Source of the DNA: Aureliella sp.
GTDB taxonomy: Bacteria > Planctomycetota > Planctomycetia > Pirellulales > Pirellulaceae
Direction: 5' to 3'
DNA: 64,000 bases
NCBI GenBank assembly: GCA_963691875.1
Contig: OY829846.1
Location: 3,168,001 to 3,232,000, forward strand
Numbering within the stretch: position 1 is the stretch's first letter; every line of letters begins with the position of its first letter. The notes under the pieces were generated by a model. It was not told where the DNA came from. It ran no database searches and saw only the letters and a program-made list of their open reading frames with translations. The translations under genes were made by a program, and so were the position numbers. Positions 18,995 through 28,764 of the stretch are shown piece by piece.

Positions 18995-20161
18995 ATGCGG
19001 TACAAAGCTCTTCAAGCCTTGATAGGCGCGACTCTCGCGTTCAGTTGCCTGCTCCAGTTTGCTGCTGGGCAAGACTTAACGACTGAAAAGTGCAACACGT
19101 TGCTGTCGGAACTCCAGCCGAAGTCAGATGCCCTTTGGCGAACGATTCCTTGGCGGACAAGTCTGCTGGAAGCGCAGAAAGCTGCGGCGGAAGAAAACAA
19201 GCCAATCTTTATCTGGGCCATGGATGGACACCCGCTTGGCTGTACGTGAAACAATGGTGTGCTCGACCGTGAGTCGACATTCGCATTACCTGGTACCGTG
19301 AAACTCCTTCAGAAGGATTTCATCCCCGTTGCTTTAGACCAAGCCTATCAGCGTCGGCAAAAAGACACCGAAGGCGAGTTCTATCGCAAGATCGCCTCGC
19401 AAGGCCCTCGCAGCGACTTTCAGAATACCACGCAAGGATTTTACGTGGCTGATGCTACAGGCAAGCTCTACTTTTACAACAACAATCGCGATCCCAAGAA
19501 AGTACAAAGGCTAATCCGCGAGAGCTTGAAGGAGTTCGTAGACTCTCCCCCCGGCCAAATTTCCGTACTTCAGGCTGAGACGCGCGACAAGCGTTGGAAT
19601 GTTGAGCCACCTAAAGGTGGCTTGGTGGTTCGGGTGCGAGCTAGAGTTATAGACGGTTACAAAGAGACGACGAATCAGTGGAAGAAGATCTTCCAGAACT
19701 CCGTATCGCGAGACAATCTGTGGATCACGAAGGAAGAGCACGAAGCATTGGTTGCTGGAACTTTTCCAACCAAGCTGCAACAACGCATCGCGAGATTCCA
19801 CCTCGTTGACAATACGCGTGGCGAGCCACCGATGTGGGGATTCACCGACATCCGTAAACTCAAGATCGAGCTTAAGGATAACGGTGAAATTCAGGGGCAG
19901 GTTTCTTTGCGCACAGTCAAAGGCGCGGAACGCGGCTATGAGGCAGAGCTCAAGGGCAAGCTAGAAGTCACAGGCGGAAAAGTCGCGAAGCTGGAAATCG
20001 TTTGCCTCGGTAAGTTCTGGGGTGAAGGGCGATACACGGGCGGTGCCCCGAAAGGCAAGTTCCCACTCGCCATCACCTTTACGCTCGCAGACGGCACTGA
20101 TTTGGCAGATCGGATTCCTCCTCAAGGTTCAAGAGGCTGGATCGACGGCTATTTGCGATAG
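18995..20161 (+). CDS. Candidate secreted thioredoxin-fold (SelN-like) selenoprotein, 388 aa, with UGA readthrough at 19247-19249
   Basis: ORFs 18995-19249 and 19259-20161 share one frame: GGC TGT ACG TGA AAC AAT GGT GTG. The stop sits at the redox position of 'AAEENKPIFIWAMDGHPLGCT*NNGVLDRESTF'. A stem-loop follows it. Confidence 0.7.
19253..19287 (+). promoter_or_regulatory. Putative bacterial SECIS-like hairpin
   Basis: Apical stem TCGAC/GTCGA (19263-67/19273-77) with loop CGTGA, extended by GTG/CAT and AATG/CATT. The loop G lies 20 nt 3' of the UGA. Confidence 0.5.
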
Positions 20162-20210
20162 CTACCGATGACAAGATTCGATCTTAGTAGATTCAAAGGA
20201 GTGATCTATT

Positions 20211-20882
20211 TTGACTGCGCGAATTCTGTTGATTCGTCACGGGCAATCGGCAAACAATGCCTTGCCCGAAGAATTACGAGTGTGCGATCCAGGCCTGACG
20301 CAGATCGGTCAGCGGCAAGCCGAGTGCTTAGCGGAATCGCTTGCGAATGCAAAAATCGATTCGCTACTGTGCAGTCCGTTTCTGCGTTCGTTGGAGACTG
20401 TAAAGCCAGTCGCGATAAGACGCAACCAAACGGTCGCCATTAGATCAGACATCTTCGAGAAAGGTGGGTGCTACAGCGGCTACAACGCCATTGGCAAGAA
20501 AGGCGAAGCAGGGATGGGCGCCAGCGAGCTGGCAACCAAATATCCAGGTTGGTCGATCGATGAGAGAATTGCCGAAGCGGGTTGGTGGGGCCACGACTTC
20601 GAAAGTGACGAAGCAGTGCTCCAACGCGCCCAAACCGTTGCCCGCTGGGTTGAGGATACCTTCGTTCCAACGAGCGGCACGCATGCACTAGTGATACATG
20701 CTGACTTCAAATCAATCTTGCTTAAAGCCCTGATGCAAAAAAGCGATCCGCTATATCAAGTTAGTGAATTGCTTTGGAACACTGGTGTCACTGAGCTTCG
20801 CTGGAACGAAGGAACGGAATGCTGGAAGATGGAGCGACTGAATAATATTTCGCATCTCCCGCGAGGGTTGCATACCTACTAG
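20211..20882 (+). CDS. Histidine phosphatase (phosphoglycerate mutase-like) family protein
   Basis: 'LIRHGQS', 'LTQIGQRQA', 'SPFLRSLET' and 'VIHA'. Confidence 0.9.
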   Translation: MTARILLIRHGQSANNALPEELRVCDPGLTQIGQRQAECLAESLANAKIDSLLCSPFLRSLETVKPVAIRRNQTVAIRSDIFEKGGCYSGYNAIGKKGEAGMGASELATKYPGWSIDERIAEAGWWGHDFESDEAVLQRAQTVARWVEDTFVPTSGTHALVIHADFKSILLKALMQKSDPLYQVSELLWNTGVTELRWNEGTECWKMERLNNISHLPRGLHTY

Positions 20883-21271
20883 GTGAATAATTCCTCCCAA
20901 GCTCTCCGACCTAAGCTACTCCAGTGATCGCCAGAACCATCGAACGCGGTGAGATCCTTGACAGTTGCTCACTGAGCCCTTTTCGCCATAACTTGCCCGT
21001 TTGTGGACCAGTTTATTGCCATGCGAAAACAAGGGAGAAGGATTGTGGATACAGAGCAGATAAGGGTGCTTGCTTGAGGCCCCATGCTTTCGGCGCTACT
21101 GCGCTGTGCCAGAACCATCATCAGCTCTCATCTGGGGTTCATTGGCTGGCCTCTGCGTCATCCGAAGGCGACGAGGCTAACAGTCTCAGGAAGCAAATTA
21201 ACTTACATACAAGCCAGCTGTTCAGCTGGCTTGTATGCGTCGTGTGGCGTTAGAGCAAATGGTAAGCCAAG

Positions 21272-22249
21272 CTAATCCACTCCGAAAGTAACGATGGATT
21301 GCCGAATGGCTTCACGTAGCTCTGTTTGTCGAACCTTGGGAAAGGCGTCTAGGAAAGGCTGGTATTCCAAATCGCAAATAAAGGGCACTTCGTCCTGGCC
21401 AATAGTGATATCAAAGCTGTCGGCCAACCCAAGCTCCGAAGCAACTTCTCGCATTAGTTCGACCAGGGTACTTGTATCCGCGGTGTGGCTTGGCAGAGTA
21501 AACGCTGCGTAACCATCGAAGGGCTCGACAAGTGTGCTGCCAACCGCAGCACCAACATCGGGCGAGTATAGATAATCCTGTTTTGAGCGATAGGGAATTT
21601 CATACCGCTCGCCTTTCGCCACGTGCTTCATTGCAGTCGTTGGTGTCGAAGTCAGGCCTCGATCTCGCCCAGGCCCAAACAATGCACCTGGACGCACGGA
21701 GATTGTATCGATCCCCGTTTCTTCATGGAACAGTCGGGAAACGTGCTCGCCAGCTAGTTTCCAAACTCCGTAGACATTCACCGGTTTCGGCTCCGAACTC
21801 ATTGGAACCCTTCCAGCCGGATAGGCAACACGCGGTCCGTAGACGGCGACTGAACTCGCGAATACGAATCTCTGTACCTTCGTCCGAGCAGCTTTTATGC
21901 CCTCGACCAAGTTTTGCGTTCCTGCCAAATTGGTTTGGAGTCCAAGATCGCGATGCTCGTTGCAATCCGGTGTCTGAAGTCCAGCCATATGAGCAACACG
22001 CGTAATCTGGTGCTCGTCAAGCAAGTTGTGCAACGCCTCACGACGCACATCGATGCTAGCCGCTTGAACGCGATCAGTGTGTTCGGGAAAGGACTGCTGC
22101 ACCGCTTCCTGGTTTGCCTTGCGACTACCGATCACAATTCGAGAGTCGGTATTCTCGAGTAGCCACCGCGCTGCCATCACGCCGATACACCCAAGCCCAC
22201 CAGTGATGAGGATAGACTCTGAGTTGGCCGTTGGGTCATTCATATTCAT
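21272..22249 (-). CDS. NAD-dependent epimerase/dehydratase (extended SDR)
   Basis: 'ITGGLGCIG', 'ASSVAVYG', 'YGVWK' and 'RPGALFGPG'. Start is uncertain (ATG 22249 or 22243). Confidence 0.88.
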   Translation of the reverse strand: MNMNDPTANSESILITGGLGCIGVMAARWLLENTDSRIVIGSRKANQEAVQQSFPEHTDRVQAASIDVRREALHNLLDEHQITRVAHMAGLQTPDCNEHRDLGLQTNLAGTQNLVEGIKAARTKVQRFVFASSVAVYGPRVAYPAGRVPMSSEPKPVNVYGVWKLAGEHVSRLFHEETGIDTISVRPGALFGPGRDRGLTSTPTTAMKHVAKGERYEIPYRSKQDYLYSPDVGAAVGSTLVEPFDGYAAFTLPSHTADTSTLVELMREVASELGLADSFDITIGQDEVPFICDLEYQPFLDAFPKVRQTELREAIRQSIVTFGVD

Positions 22250-22558
22250 GCTCGTAATGCAGGGAGGGTTTTCTAAGCAATGCCCACATGAGCTGCCGCT
22301 GCATCTCACCGCTACAAGTTGGTGAAGCAAGCCTAACTGGTGGCAAAAACGCCCTGACTACCTAACTTCATAGAAAAGTATTAATTACCCGTTCCCGAGA
22401 GGGCATCGGTACGATGGAGCAGTGAGATTTTCTAGTCGACTGTGTTATTCCGTCGGCACGAGGGCTGACGGCTAGCCGCCAATGTTTTGATTGAGGCCGA
22501 GCACCGTGAGTGGCAGTGTGGAGCTTCCAGCATTGACCATCTGCTTTGAAGCCGAAGC

Positions 22559-25500
22559 TTACTTATCGAAATAGGCGGGATGAATCTCACGAAGAGCGTC
22601 CGAGGCTGATTCGACTGCATGCAAGATCTGCTCTTCGGTGTGAGTGCAGTTGATAAAGAACCTTAAGCGAGCAGCCGACTCTTCTACAGCAGGGTAAAGG
22701 ATTGGCTGAACGTTCACACCGGCTTCGTACATCTTGCGCGAAAGCAACAACGCGTGAAGCGAGTTACCGGTGATGACTGGAATCACTGGCGTATCCGACG
22801 AAGCTCCAGTGTTGAGTCCCCGTTTGTTCGCTTCATCCAAGAACAGTTTGGAACGAGCTCGCAAAGTCTGAACGCGTTCGGGCTCCGCCTTCAGCGTTCG
22901 CAACGAGGCCATCGCAGCGGCGGTATTGGTTGGCGAAAGGCCAACGCTAAATACGAATCCGGGCGCGGTGTACTTCAGAAGCTCGATCAATTCGCTGCAA
23001 CCGGCAATATAGCCGCCACAACTACCGAAGCTCTTACTGAGCGTACCCATCCAGATATCGACGTCAGAGCCTGGAACACCAAAGTGCTCGCTGATCCCTC
23101 TTCCATGATCGCCCATCGTTCCAATGGAATGAGCTTCGTCGACCATCAGCCATGACTTGTACTTATTCTTGACTTCGACGAATTTCGGCAACTCCGGATA
23201 GTCACCGTCCATACTGTAAACGCCCTCGATCACGACCAAAATGCGTCGATAGCTGTCACGCACTTCTTCCAAAATGCTTTCGAGAGCTTCCCAGTCATTG
23301 TGCGGGAACGGACGACGTCGAGCACCGCTAAGGATAGCCCCTTGAACGATACTGTTGTGCGACAAGGCATCGTGCAGAATTAAATCGCCAGGACCGACAA
23401 GGTGTCCGATCGTAGTTTCGTTGGTGGCATGCCCACCGACCATTAGCAAAGCAGACTCGGTGCCAATCCAGCCAGAGAGTTCGCATTCCAACTCGCCGTG
23501 AATCGGTTTCTCACCGCTGACCAGGCGCGAAGCACTCACGCTTGTACCGTATTGCTGTGCAGCTTCAACGACGGCTTGGGTGACGGCTGGATCGCCTGAC
23601 ATCCCCAGGTAGTTATACGAGGAAAAGCTCACGAGCTCTTCGCCGGCGATATTGGTCGTATCGCGAACTGTCCCGTGGTGCACCGAGAAGTAAGGGTTCG
23701 GCACTCCCGTCATCTCGAACTGGGACATGGTCCTTTTCAAGCGTCGATACTCAGGCAGCTGTGCAAAAAGGAAGTCCTCTTCTGCAACTTCACCCGTACC
23801 GGATGGCTTAAGGCCTGTTTCCGTTGGTACAAGATCGCGACGCACACGCTTCTTGCCCATGTGCTTTTCGATTGCCGTCGCGACTTCCCATACGGTCTCG
23901 ATGTCTTGCAGCACATGCTCCGGGAAGCGACCATCAAAAGTCTGCTCCAGCGAATGAGCAATTTGCATCCGCTCCAAGCTATCCAAGCCCAAGTCCAACA
24001 CAATGTTGGTGTCGAGGTCCAGTTGCTTGGCACGTTCGCGAGCAACTGCCTTAATGGCGTCCATCACAATGTCAACTATTTCGTGGTCCGGCGCGGACTT
24101 GTCGATGCGAACATGACCGTTACCGCCACCTGTATCCATCGACGACGCCGCAATCATCGGCTCGGCCTCTGGCAAGTCGATTTCCCAAGCCTTCCACTCC
24201 GCGACGACTTTAAGCGAGCCGCGCTCAAACAGCTCACGGCAGGCGTGACGTTGGATCTTACCGCTCGACGTTCGGGGCAAGGTTCCGAAACGCACCAGGA
24301 CGATCGCGTCCGGCAGGATTTCGTGTGCGCCCGATACTTCTCGACGAATCGTCTTGATTACTTCTTCCCAGTCTGCACCTTCGCCTCGATTGCGGACTTC
24401 AGCAGTGATAATTAGCTGCTCGCGACCATCGACAACATGAGCGAAAGCAGCAGCCACGCCGCTCGTCATCACATCGTCTGCTTGCTCAGTGGTCTCCTCA
24501 ATGTCTTGCGGATACTTGTTGACGCCGCGAACAATAATCATGTCCTTCAGGCGTCCTGCGACAAACATCTGCTCTTCGTAGATGAAGCCGAGGTCGCCGG
24601 TTCTCAGGAATGGGCCGTCACCGTCTGCGGTCTCAGCAAGGAAAACCTCCTTGGTGATTTCGTCTCGTTCCCAATAGCCATGTCCGACACTGGGGCTATT
24701 TACCCAGATCTCACCAATGGAGTCCGGTGGAAGCTTGGCGTGCGTTTCGGGATCGACAATGAATACGGACTCACAGGGTAGCACAGCCCCGCTTCCAACC
24801 AATTCACGAGCGTACTCGTCGTCCGCCTCACAGGGTTGGACGTGTTTCTTGTCTAAGGCCTGGCTGTTGAAAGTGCGTATGACCGGTGGATCTGTGGCTG
24901 GACCTCCGGTAACGATCAATGTTGTCTCTGCCATGCCATAGCAGGGCAGGAAGGAATTCTCCGGAAAACCGTACTTGGAAAATCGCTCCGTGAACTCATG
25001 AAGCGTGCTTGCTCGAACCGGTTCGGCACCATTGAAAGCAGTCTTCCACGTGCTGAGATCTATGCCTTCGAGTTCTTCGTCTGTGATTTTGTCCACGCAA
25101 AGCTGGTAGGCAAAATTGGGGCCGCCACTAGTGGTTCCGCCATAACGTGCGATTGTGTTTAACCAGCGAATCGGCTTCTGCAAGAACGCCATTGGGCTCA
25201 TAAGCACCATCGAGCAACCGCTCCAGATGGGCTCCACGATTCCACCAATCAGCCCCATGTCGTGATAAGTCGGAAGCCAGCTCACTCCGACCGCTGTGCG
25301 AGCATGCTCGAAGGAGTACATGATCAACTCGGCATTGCGAATCAAGTTGCCGTGAGAAAGCATCACACCCTTTGGGTTCCCAGTGGAACCAGACGTGTAC
25401 TGCAAAACGGCTAGGTCGTCCGAATTAAGATTGGGCGGCGTCCAGGAACTGGTGTAGTCCTTAGCCATGGAGTCTGAAGCGATAATCGAGACGGATTCCC

Positions 25501-25981
25501 ACTCAACCCAGTTCGCATCACCTTCGATTTGCTGGCGGACAGTCTGCGTGGTGAGTGCCACGTTTGCTTGGCAATCCTTGGCGATACCGTGAATCCGCTG
25601 CCCTTTGCGATTGCGCCGCGGGGGGAATGCTGGTACGGCGGTCGCGCCGGCGTACAAGCAGCCGAAGAATCCAGCGACGAAGTCCAGAACCGGTGGATAG
25701 ATCAACAGGACTCGCTCGCCCTTGGTCACCCCCGCATTCTGAAGATAACCAGCGAGATTACGAGCCTGTGCGTCCAGCTCTTGAAAGGTGACTCGAAGGT
25801 CGTCTTCACCGTCCTCACCATCGGTGAAGTAGAAGGCGACGCGGTCGGGGGTCTTTTGGGCCCAGTACTGGAGGATGGCAACCAGATCCGTGCGAGGTGG
25901 AATGTAGTCGCCCATTAACCGAACGAGGTCCGATTCCGCCATCGCTTGGGGCATGGCAGAAGTAGCTGTTGCCTGGTCCAT
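22559..25981 (-). CDS. Tridomain fatty acyl-AMP ligase - acyl carrier protein - PLP-dependent alpha-oxoamine synthase (AONS/SPT family) fusion
   Basis: FAAL motifs 'LQYTSGSTGNPKGV', 'SWLPTYHDMGLIGG', 'YGMAE', 'RTGDLG', 'PRTSSGKIQR'. ACP 'LGLDSL'. AOS motifs 'SYNYLG', 'EGVYSMDGD', 'DEAH', 'GTLSKSFG'. Confidence 0.9.
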   Translation of the reverse strand: MDQATATSAMPQAMAESDLVRLMGDYIPPRTDLVAILQYWAQKTPDRVAFYFTDGEDGEDDLRVTFQELDAQARNLAGYLQNAGVTKGERVLLIYPPVLDFVAGFFGCLYAGATAVPAFPPRRNRKGQRIHGIAKDCQANVALTTQTVRQQIEGDANWVEWESVSIIASDSMAKDYTSSWTPPNLNSDDLAVLQYTSGSTGNPKGVMLSHGNLIRNAELIMYSFEHARTAVGVSWLPTYHDMGLIGGIVEPIWSGCSMVLMSPMAFLQKPIRWLNTIARYGGTTSGGPNFAYQLCVDKITDEELEGIDLSTWKTAFNGAEPVRASTLHEFTERFSKYGFPENSFLPCYGMAETTLIVTGGPATDPPVIRTFNSQALDKKHVQPCEADDEYARELVGSGAVLPCESVFIVDPETHAKLPPDSIGEIWVNSPSVGHGYWERDEITKEVFLAETADGDGPFLRTGDLGFIYEEQMFVAGRLKDMIIVRGVNKYPQDIEETTEQADDVMTSGVAAAFAHVVDGREQLIITAEVRNRGEGADWEEVIKTIRREVSGAHEILPDAIVLVRFGTLPRTSSGKIQRHACRELFERGSLKVVAEWKAWEIDLPEAEPMIAASSMDTGGGNGHVRIDKSAPDHEIVDIVMDAIKAVARERAKQLDLDTNIVLDLGLDSLERMQIAHSLEQTFDGRFPEHVLQDIETVWEVATAIEKHMGKKRVRRDLVPTETGLKPSGTGEVAEEDFLFAQLPEYRRLKRTMSQFEMTGVPNPYFSVHHGTVRDTTNIAGEELVSFSSYNYLGMSGDPAVTQAVVEAAQQYGTSVSASRLVSGEKPIHGELECELSGWIGTESALLMVGGHATNETTIGHLVGPGDLILHDALSHNSIVQGAILSGARRRPFPHNDWEALESILEEVRDSYRRILVVIEGVYSMDGDYPELPKFVEVKNKYKSWLMVDEAHSIGTMGDHGRGISEHFGVPGSDVDIWMGTLSKSFGSCGGYIAGCSELIELLKYTAPGFVFSVGLSPTNTAAAMASLRTLKAEPERVQTLRARSKLFLDEANKRGLNTGASSDTPVIPVITGNSLHALLLSRKMYEAGVNVQPILYPAVEESAARLRFFINCTHTEEQILHAVESASDALREIHPAYFDK

Positions 25982-26348
25982 TGTTTGCCTAGTTTCTTGA
26001 CACCGAACTCTGAGTCAAATCAGGGCCAAGCCCGGTCATTTTCAGAGTCGTCTACTTTCCCCAGATACACAAAAGCTGGCAAGGACAAACCAACGGAGTA
26101 CTGCACAAACGTTCAGTATTGCGTTTAGGCTCCATCGTGGGGGCGGTCGCCTCGCTATATGGCATTCAGCGCACGAGCGCAGGAACGGAGTTGGTATCGG
26201 TTGCTAGAAAAGCGTAGTGGGACAAAAGCCAGCGAAGTCCTCGGCTGTCCAGAATAACTTGAAGGATTACACCGGTTACGCCTTCTCGTGGACCAAGGAG
26301 GCCTTCAAAACGTGTCAAGATCTTGGAATCGGAGACTCGAGTCCAAGA

Positions 26349-27029
26349 TTAAAGGAATCTCCAGAACCGCTTTATCTGCTTCCAGTTTTCCCGAGGATGG
26401 CCTTCCTTGGAGACTTGCCAGACCTCCCCCGTGTGTACGTCCATCCCTGTCAGCCAGAATCCTCCAACGCAGGCGGTATCCAAGCAGGTGAAGTGCCCGA
26501 ATTGACCGATCCGCCCGAAGGGCTGTGGAGTGTGCCCAAGGTAAACGTGCTTGCCCGAAACGTGCGGCAATGGGACTCGCTCCGAAAGATGCTCCCAATA
26601 GAGATTGAATTCGGGCTGATCCTCCAAAGCTAGGTCTGGCAGAAAGTTTGCATGCACAAAGATTTGGTTCTCAGTCTCATGATACGACTTGCAACCGGCC
26701 AAGAACGCAATCTCCTTCGCGCCAACGTTTTCCAAGCGCCCACCGAAGCTAGTGAGTGTCTGTTGGCCACCAGTCTGTAACCACAGTTGTGGGTCGAGCC
26801 CGCGAAGTGCGCCGCGGAACATAATTTCATGGTTGCCAAGCAAAAACACAGGGCTGCAATGCTGTTGCAACTCGATCAAAGTACGCAACACACCTTTGGA
26901 ATCAGGGCCGCGATCAACATAGTCTCCCAGAAAGACAAGCTGGTCAGACGACGTGGGAGCTATCTCGTCAAGCAATCCCACCAAGGCTTTGGAGCACCCA
27001 TGGATATCGCCAATTGCGATCGTTCGCAT
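26349..27029 (-). CDS. Ser/Thr protein phosphatase-like metallophosphoesterase (PPP/ApaH family)
   Basis: 'GDIHG', 'GDYVDRG', 'GNHE', 'VHA', 'GHT', 'LDT'. Confidence 0.92.
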   Translation of the reverse strand: MRTIAIGDIHGCSKALVGLLDEIAPTSSDQLVFLGDYVDRGPDSKGVLRTLIELQQHCSPVFLLGNHEIMFRGALRGLDPQLWLQTGGQQTLTSFGGRLENVGAKEIAFLAGCKSYHETENQIFVHANFLPDLALEDQPEFNLYWEHLSERVPLPHVSGKHVYLGHTPQPFGRIGQFGHFTCLDTACVGGFWLTGMDVHTGEVWQVSKEGHPRENWKQIKRFWRFL

Positions 27030-27041
27030 GGCAACCGTCCG

Positions 27042-27587
27042 TTAGTTGTAAGCAGGGTCTTCTGGAATTCGTGCCGGGTCGATCGTGCGCGTCAGGACTT
27101 CCCTTCCGATGCTTTGGACTGCTTGCCCCCAAAGTTCCTCAGCACCCGAAAAGACGTCATTCGGCTGCACGTCCCACACCATCCAGTCACCGGCGTTCAG
27201 CTCGCTCTCCAGCTGCTCAGCGCCCCAGCCGGCATAGCCATCGAATAGCCGAAACTTTACGTCTGAGGAGCCATGTTCGCAGTGCGCCAAAATCTGCTCT
27301 TGGTCCGAAGCAACTGCGATCAGAATGTGATCGTCTACTTGTACCGACTGCAGCATCACCAGCGGGCCATCACAAGGACCACCATAAAACACAGGTTCTT
27401 CGTTGCAGCAAGATTCTTCACCGAGCTGGCTAAGAAGCTCATTCACACAGACCTTCGTCGGTCTATTCAGAATCAGTCCCAATGCACCTTCGTCATCGTG
27501 CCGCAGGATGTAGACGACGGTTCGCATAAAGTTGGGGTCGGAAAGGTGCGGCGCTGCGACCAAAGCAAAGCCTTGAGTACTATCCAT
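27042..27587 (-). CDS. YqgE/AlgH family protein (DUF179)
   Basis: 'DPNFMRTVVY', 'GALGLILNRP', 'GGP', 'GYAGWGAEQLESE..GDW'. Confidence 0.92.
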   Translation of the reverse strand: MDSTQGFALVAAPHLSDPNFMRTVVYILRHDDEGALGLILNRPTKVCVNELLSQLGEESCCNEEPVFYGGPCDGPLVMLQSVQVDDHILIAVASDQEQILAHCEHGSSDVKFRLFDGYAGWGAEQLESELNAGDWMVWDVQPNDVFSGAEELWGQAVQSIGREVLTRTIDPARIPEDPAYN

Positions 27588-27662
27588 TTATCACCTACTA
27601 CTAATGAGGAATGCAACCCTACCGAATCACCCAAACGCATATCCGCATGTTTGGGTAAGCTA

Positions 27663-28667
27663 TTAGCTGCTCCAAGTTTCTGTCCACATGCAACCAGCCC
27701 AGGACCAGCCTACTCCAAATCCAATCAAAAGAGACTTGGTGCCAGGCTTAATCTTACCATCGTTTCTCATTTCCGAGATGAGAATCGGCAAAGTACACGA
27801 AACAGTATTGCCATACTCCTCTAAGCGGATCGGTAATTTTTGCTCTCCGGTGCCCAAACGATCCTGCAATTGCTCAAGCATTTTCCTTGTTGCTTGATGT
27901 AGTAAGTAGTAATTGACTTGTTCGGCTGCCACACCTGCCTTGCCAAGAACATCTTCAATCAGACCTGGAATCGCACTCACGGTAAAGTTGATCAAGCTTG
28001 GCCCGTCCATGTACAAACGACTCTTCCAACGCTTGCGATGCCGAGGCTTCAAAACGTCATCACCACATCGAGCACCGCCGTCGGCCACCATGAGTGTATC
28101 CGCCCCACTACCATCGGTGCCAAAGCTAAATGCGGACACGCCTTCCTGCTCGCTTGCTTGCACCAGTGTTGCAGCTGCAGCGTCGCCAAAAATGGTTCGC
28201 AAGCTGCGATCGTCTGCGTCAATGTACTTGGAGTAAGTTTCGGCGGTGAGCAACAAGATGCGTTTTGCAGCTCCACAACGAATCAGCCCTTCGGCAACGG
28301 CCATGCCATAGACGAAACCTGAGCAACCGAGGTTAAAATCGAGTGCTCCGCAAGTGTGCTTCAGCCCCAATCGATCTTGAATCAAACAGGCTGTGGTGGG
28401 CAGCGGATAGTCTGGAGTTTGGGTGCATAGAAGCACGAAATCAATGCTGTCTCGATCGACCTTGTGCTCAGCGAATAACTTCTCCGAGGCTTGCACGGCC
28501 AAATCGGCAGCAGTCTCCTCGTCTGCCGCGATATAGCGTGACTTGATGCCCGTTTTCTGTTCGATTAGGGGCATGTCCCAGTTCGGGAACTCCTTTTGCA
28601 AATCTTCGTTGGTCTCGCGCCGTTCAGGAAAATGGACGGAGATAGGACCAAGCTCGGCGAAGGGCAC
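27663..28667 (-). CDS. 3-oxoacyl-ACP synthase III (FabH-like)
   Basis: Cys-His-Asn triad in 'NLGCSG', 'LHQA' and 'GNTVS'; also 'FGDAAAA' and 'GFGVGWSW'. Confidence 0.9.
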   Translation of the reverse strand: MPFAELGPISVHFPERRETNEDLQKEFPNWDMPLIEQKTGIKSRYIAADEETAADLAVQASEKLFAEHKVDRDSIDFVLLCTQTPDYPLPTTACLIQDRLGLKHTCGALDFNLGCSGFVYGMAVAEGLIRCGAAKRILLLTAETYSKYIDADDRSLRTIFGDAAAATLVQASEQEGVSAFSFGTDGSGADTLMVADGGARCGDDVLKPRHRKRWKSRLYMDGPSLINFTVSAIPGLIEDVLGKAGVAAEQVNYYLLHQATRKMLEQLQDRLGTGEQKLPIRLEEYGNTVSCTLPILISEMRNDGKIKPGTKSLLIGFGVGWSWAGCMWTETWSS

Positions 28668-28764
28668 TTAGACTTCCTTTTTGCAGAACAATCGGCGGCA
28701 AGAAGCGAGGACCAAAAAAGTCGCGAAACGAAGGCGTCGATTGTAGCCCGACTAGCCCAGATAG

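Noticed and set aside
19259..20161. Independent 300-aa gene starting at GTG 19259
   Set aside because: No evident RBS, and it begins mid-domain. It is better explained as the continuation of 18995 through UGA, though a split gene cannot be excluded.
22559..23800. bioF
   Set aside because: The AOS domain is fused to FAAL-ACP and no other bio genes are nearby, so specificity is unknown.
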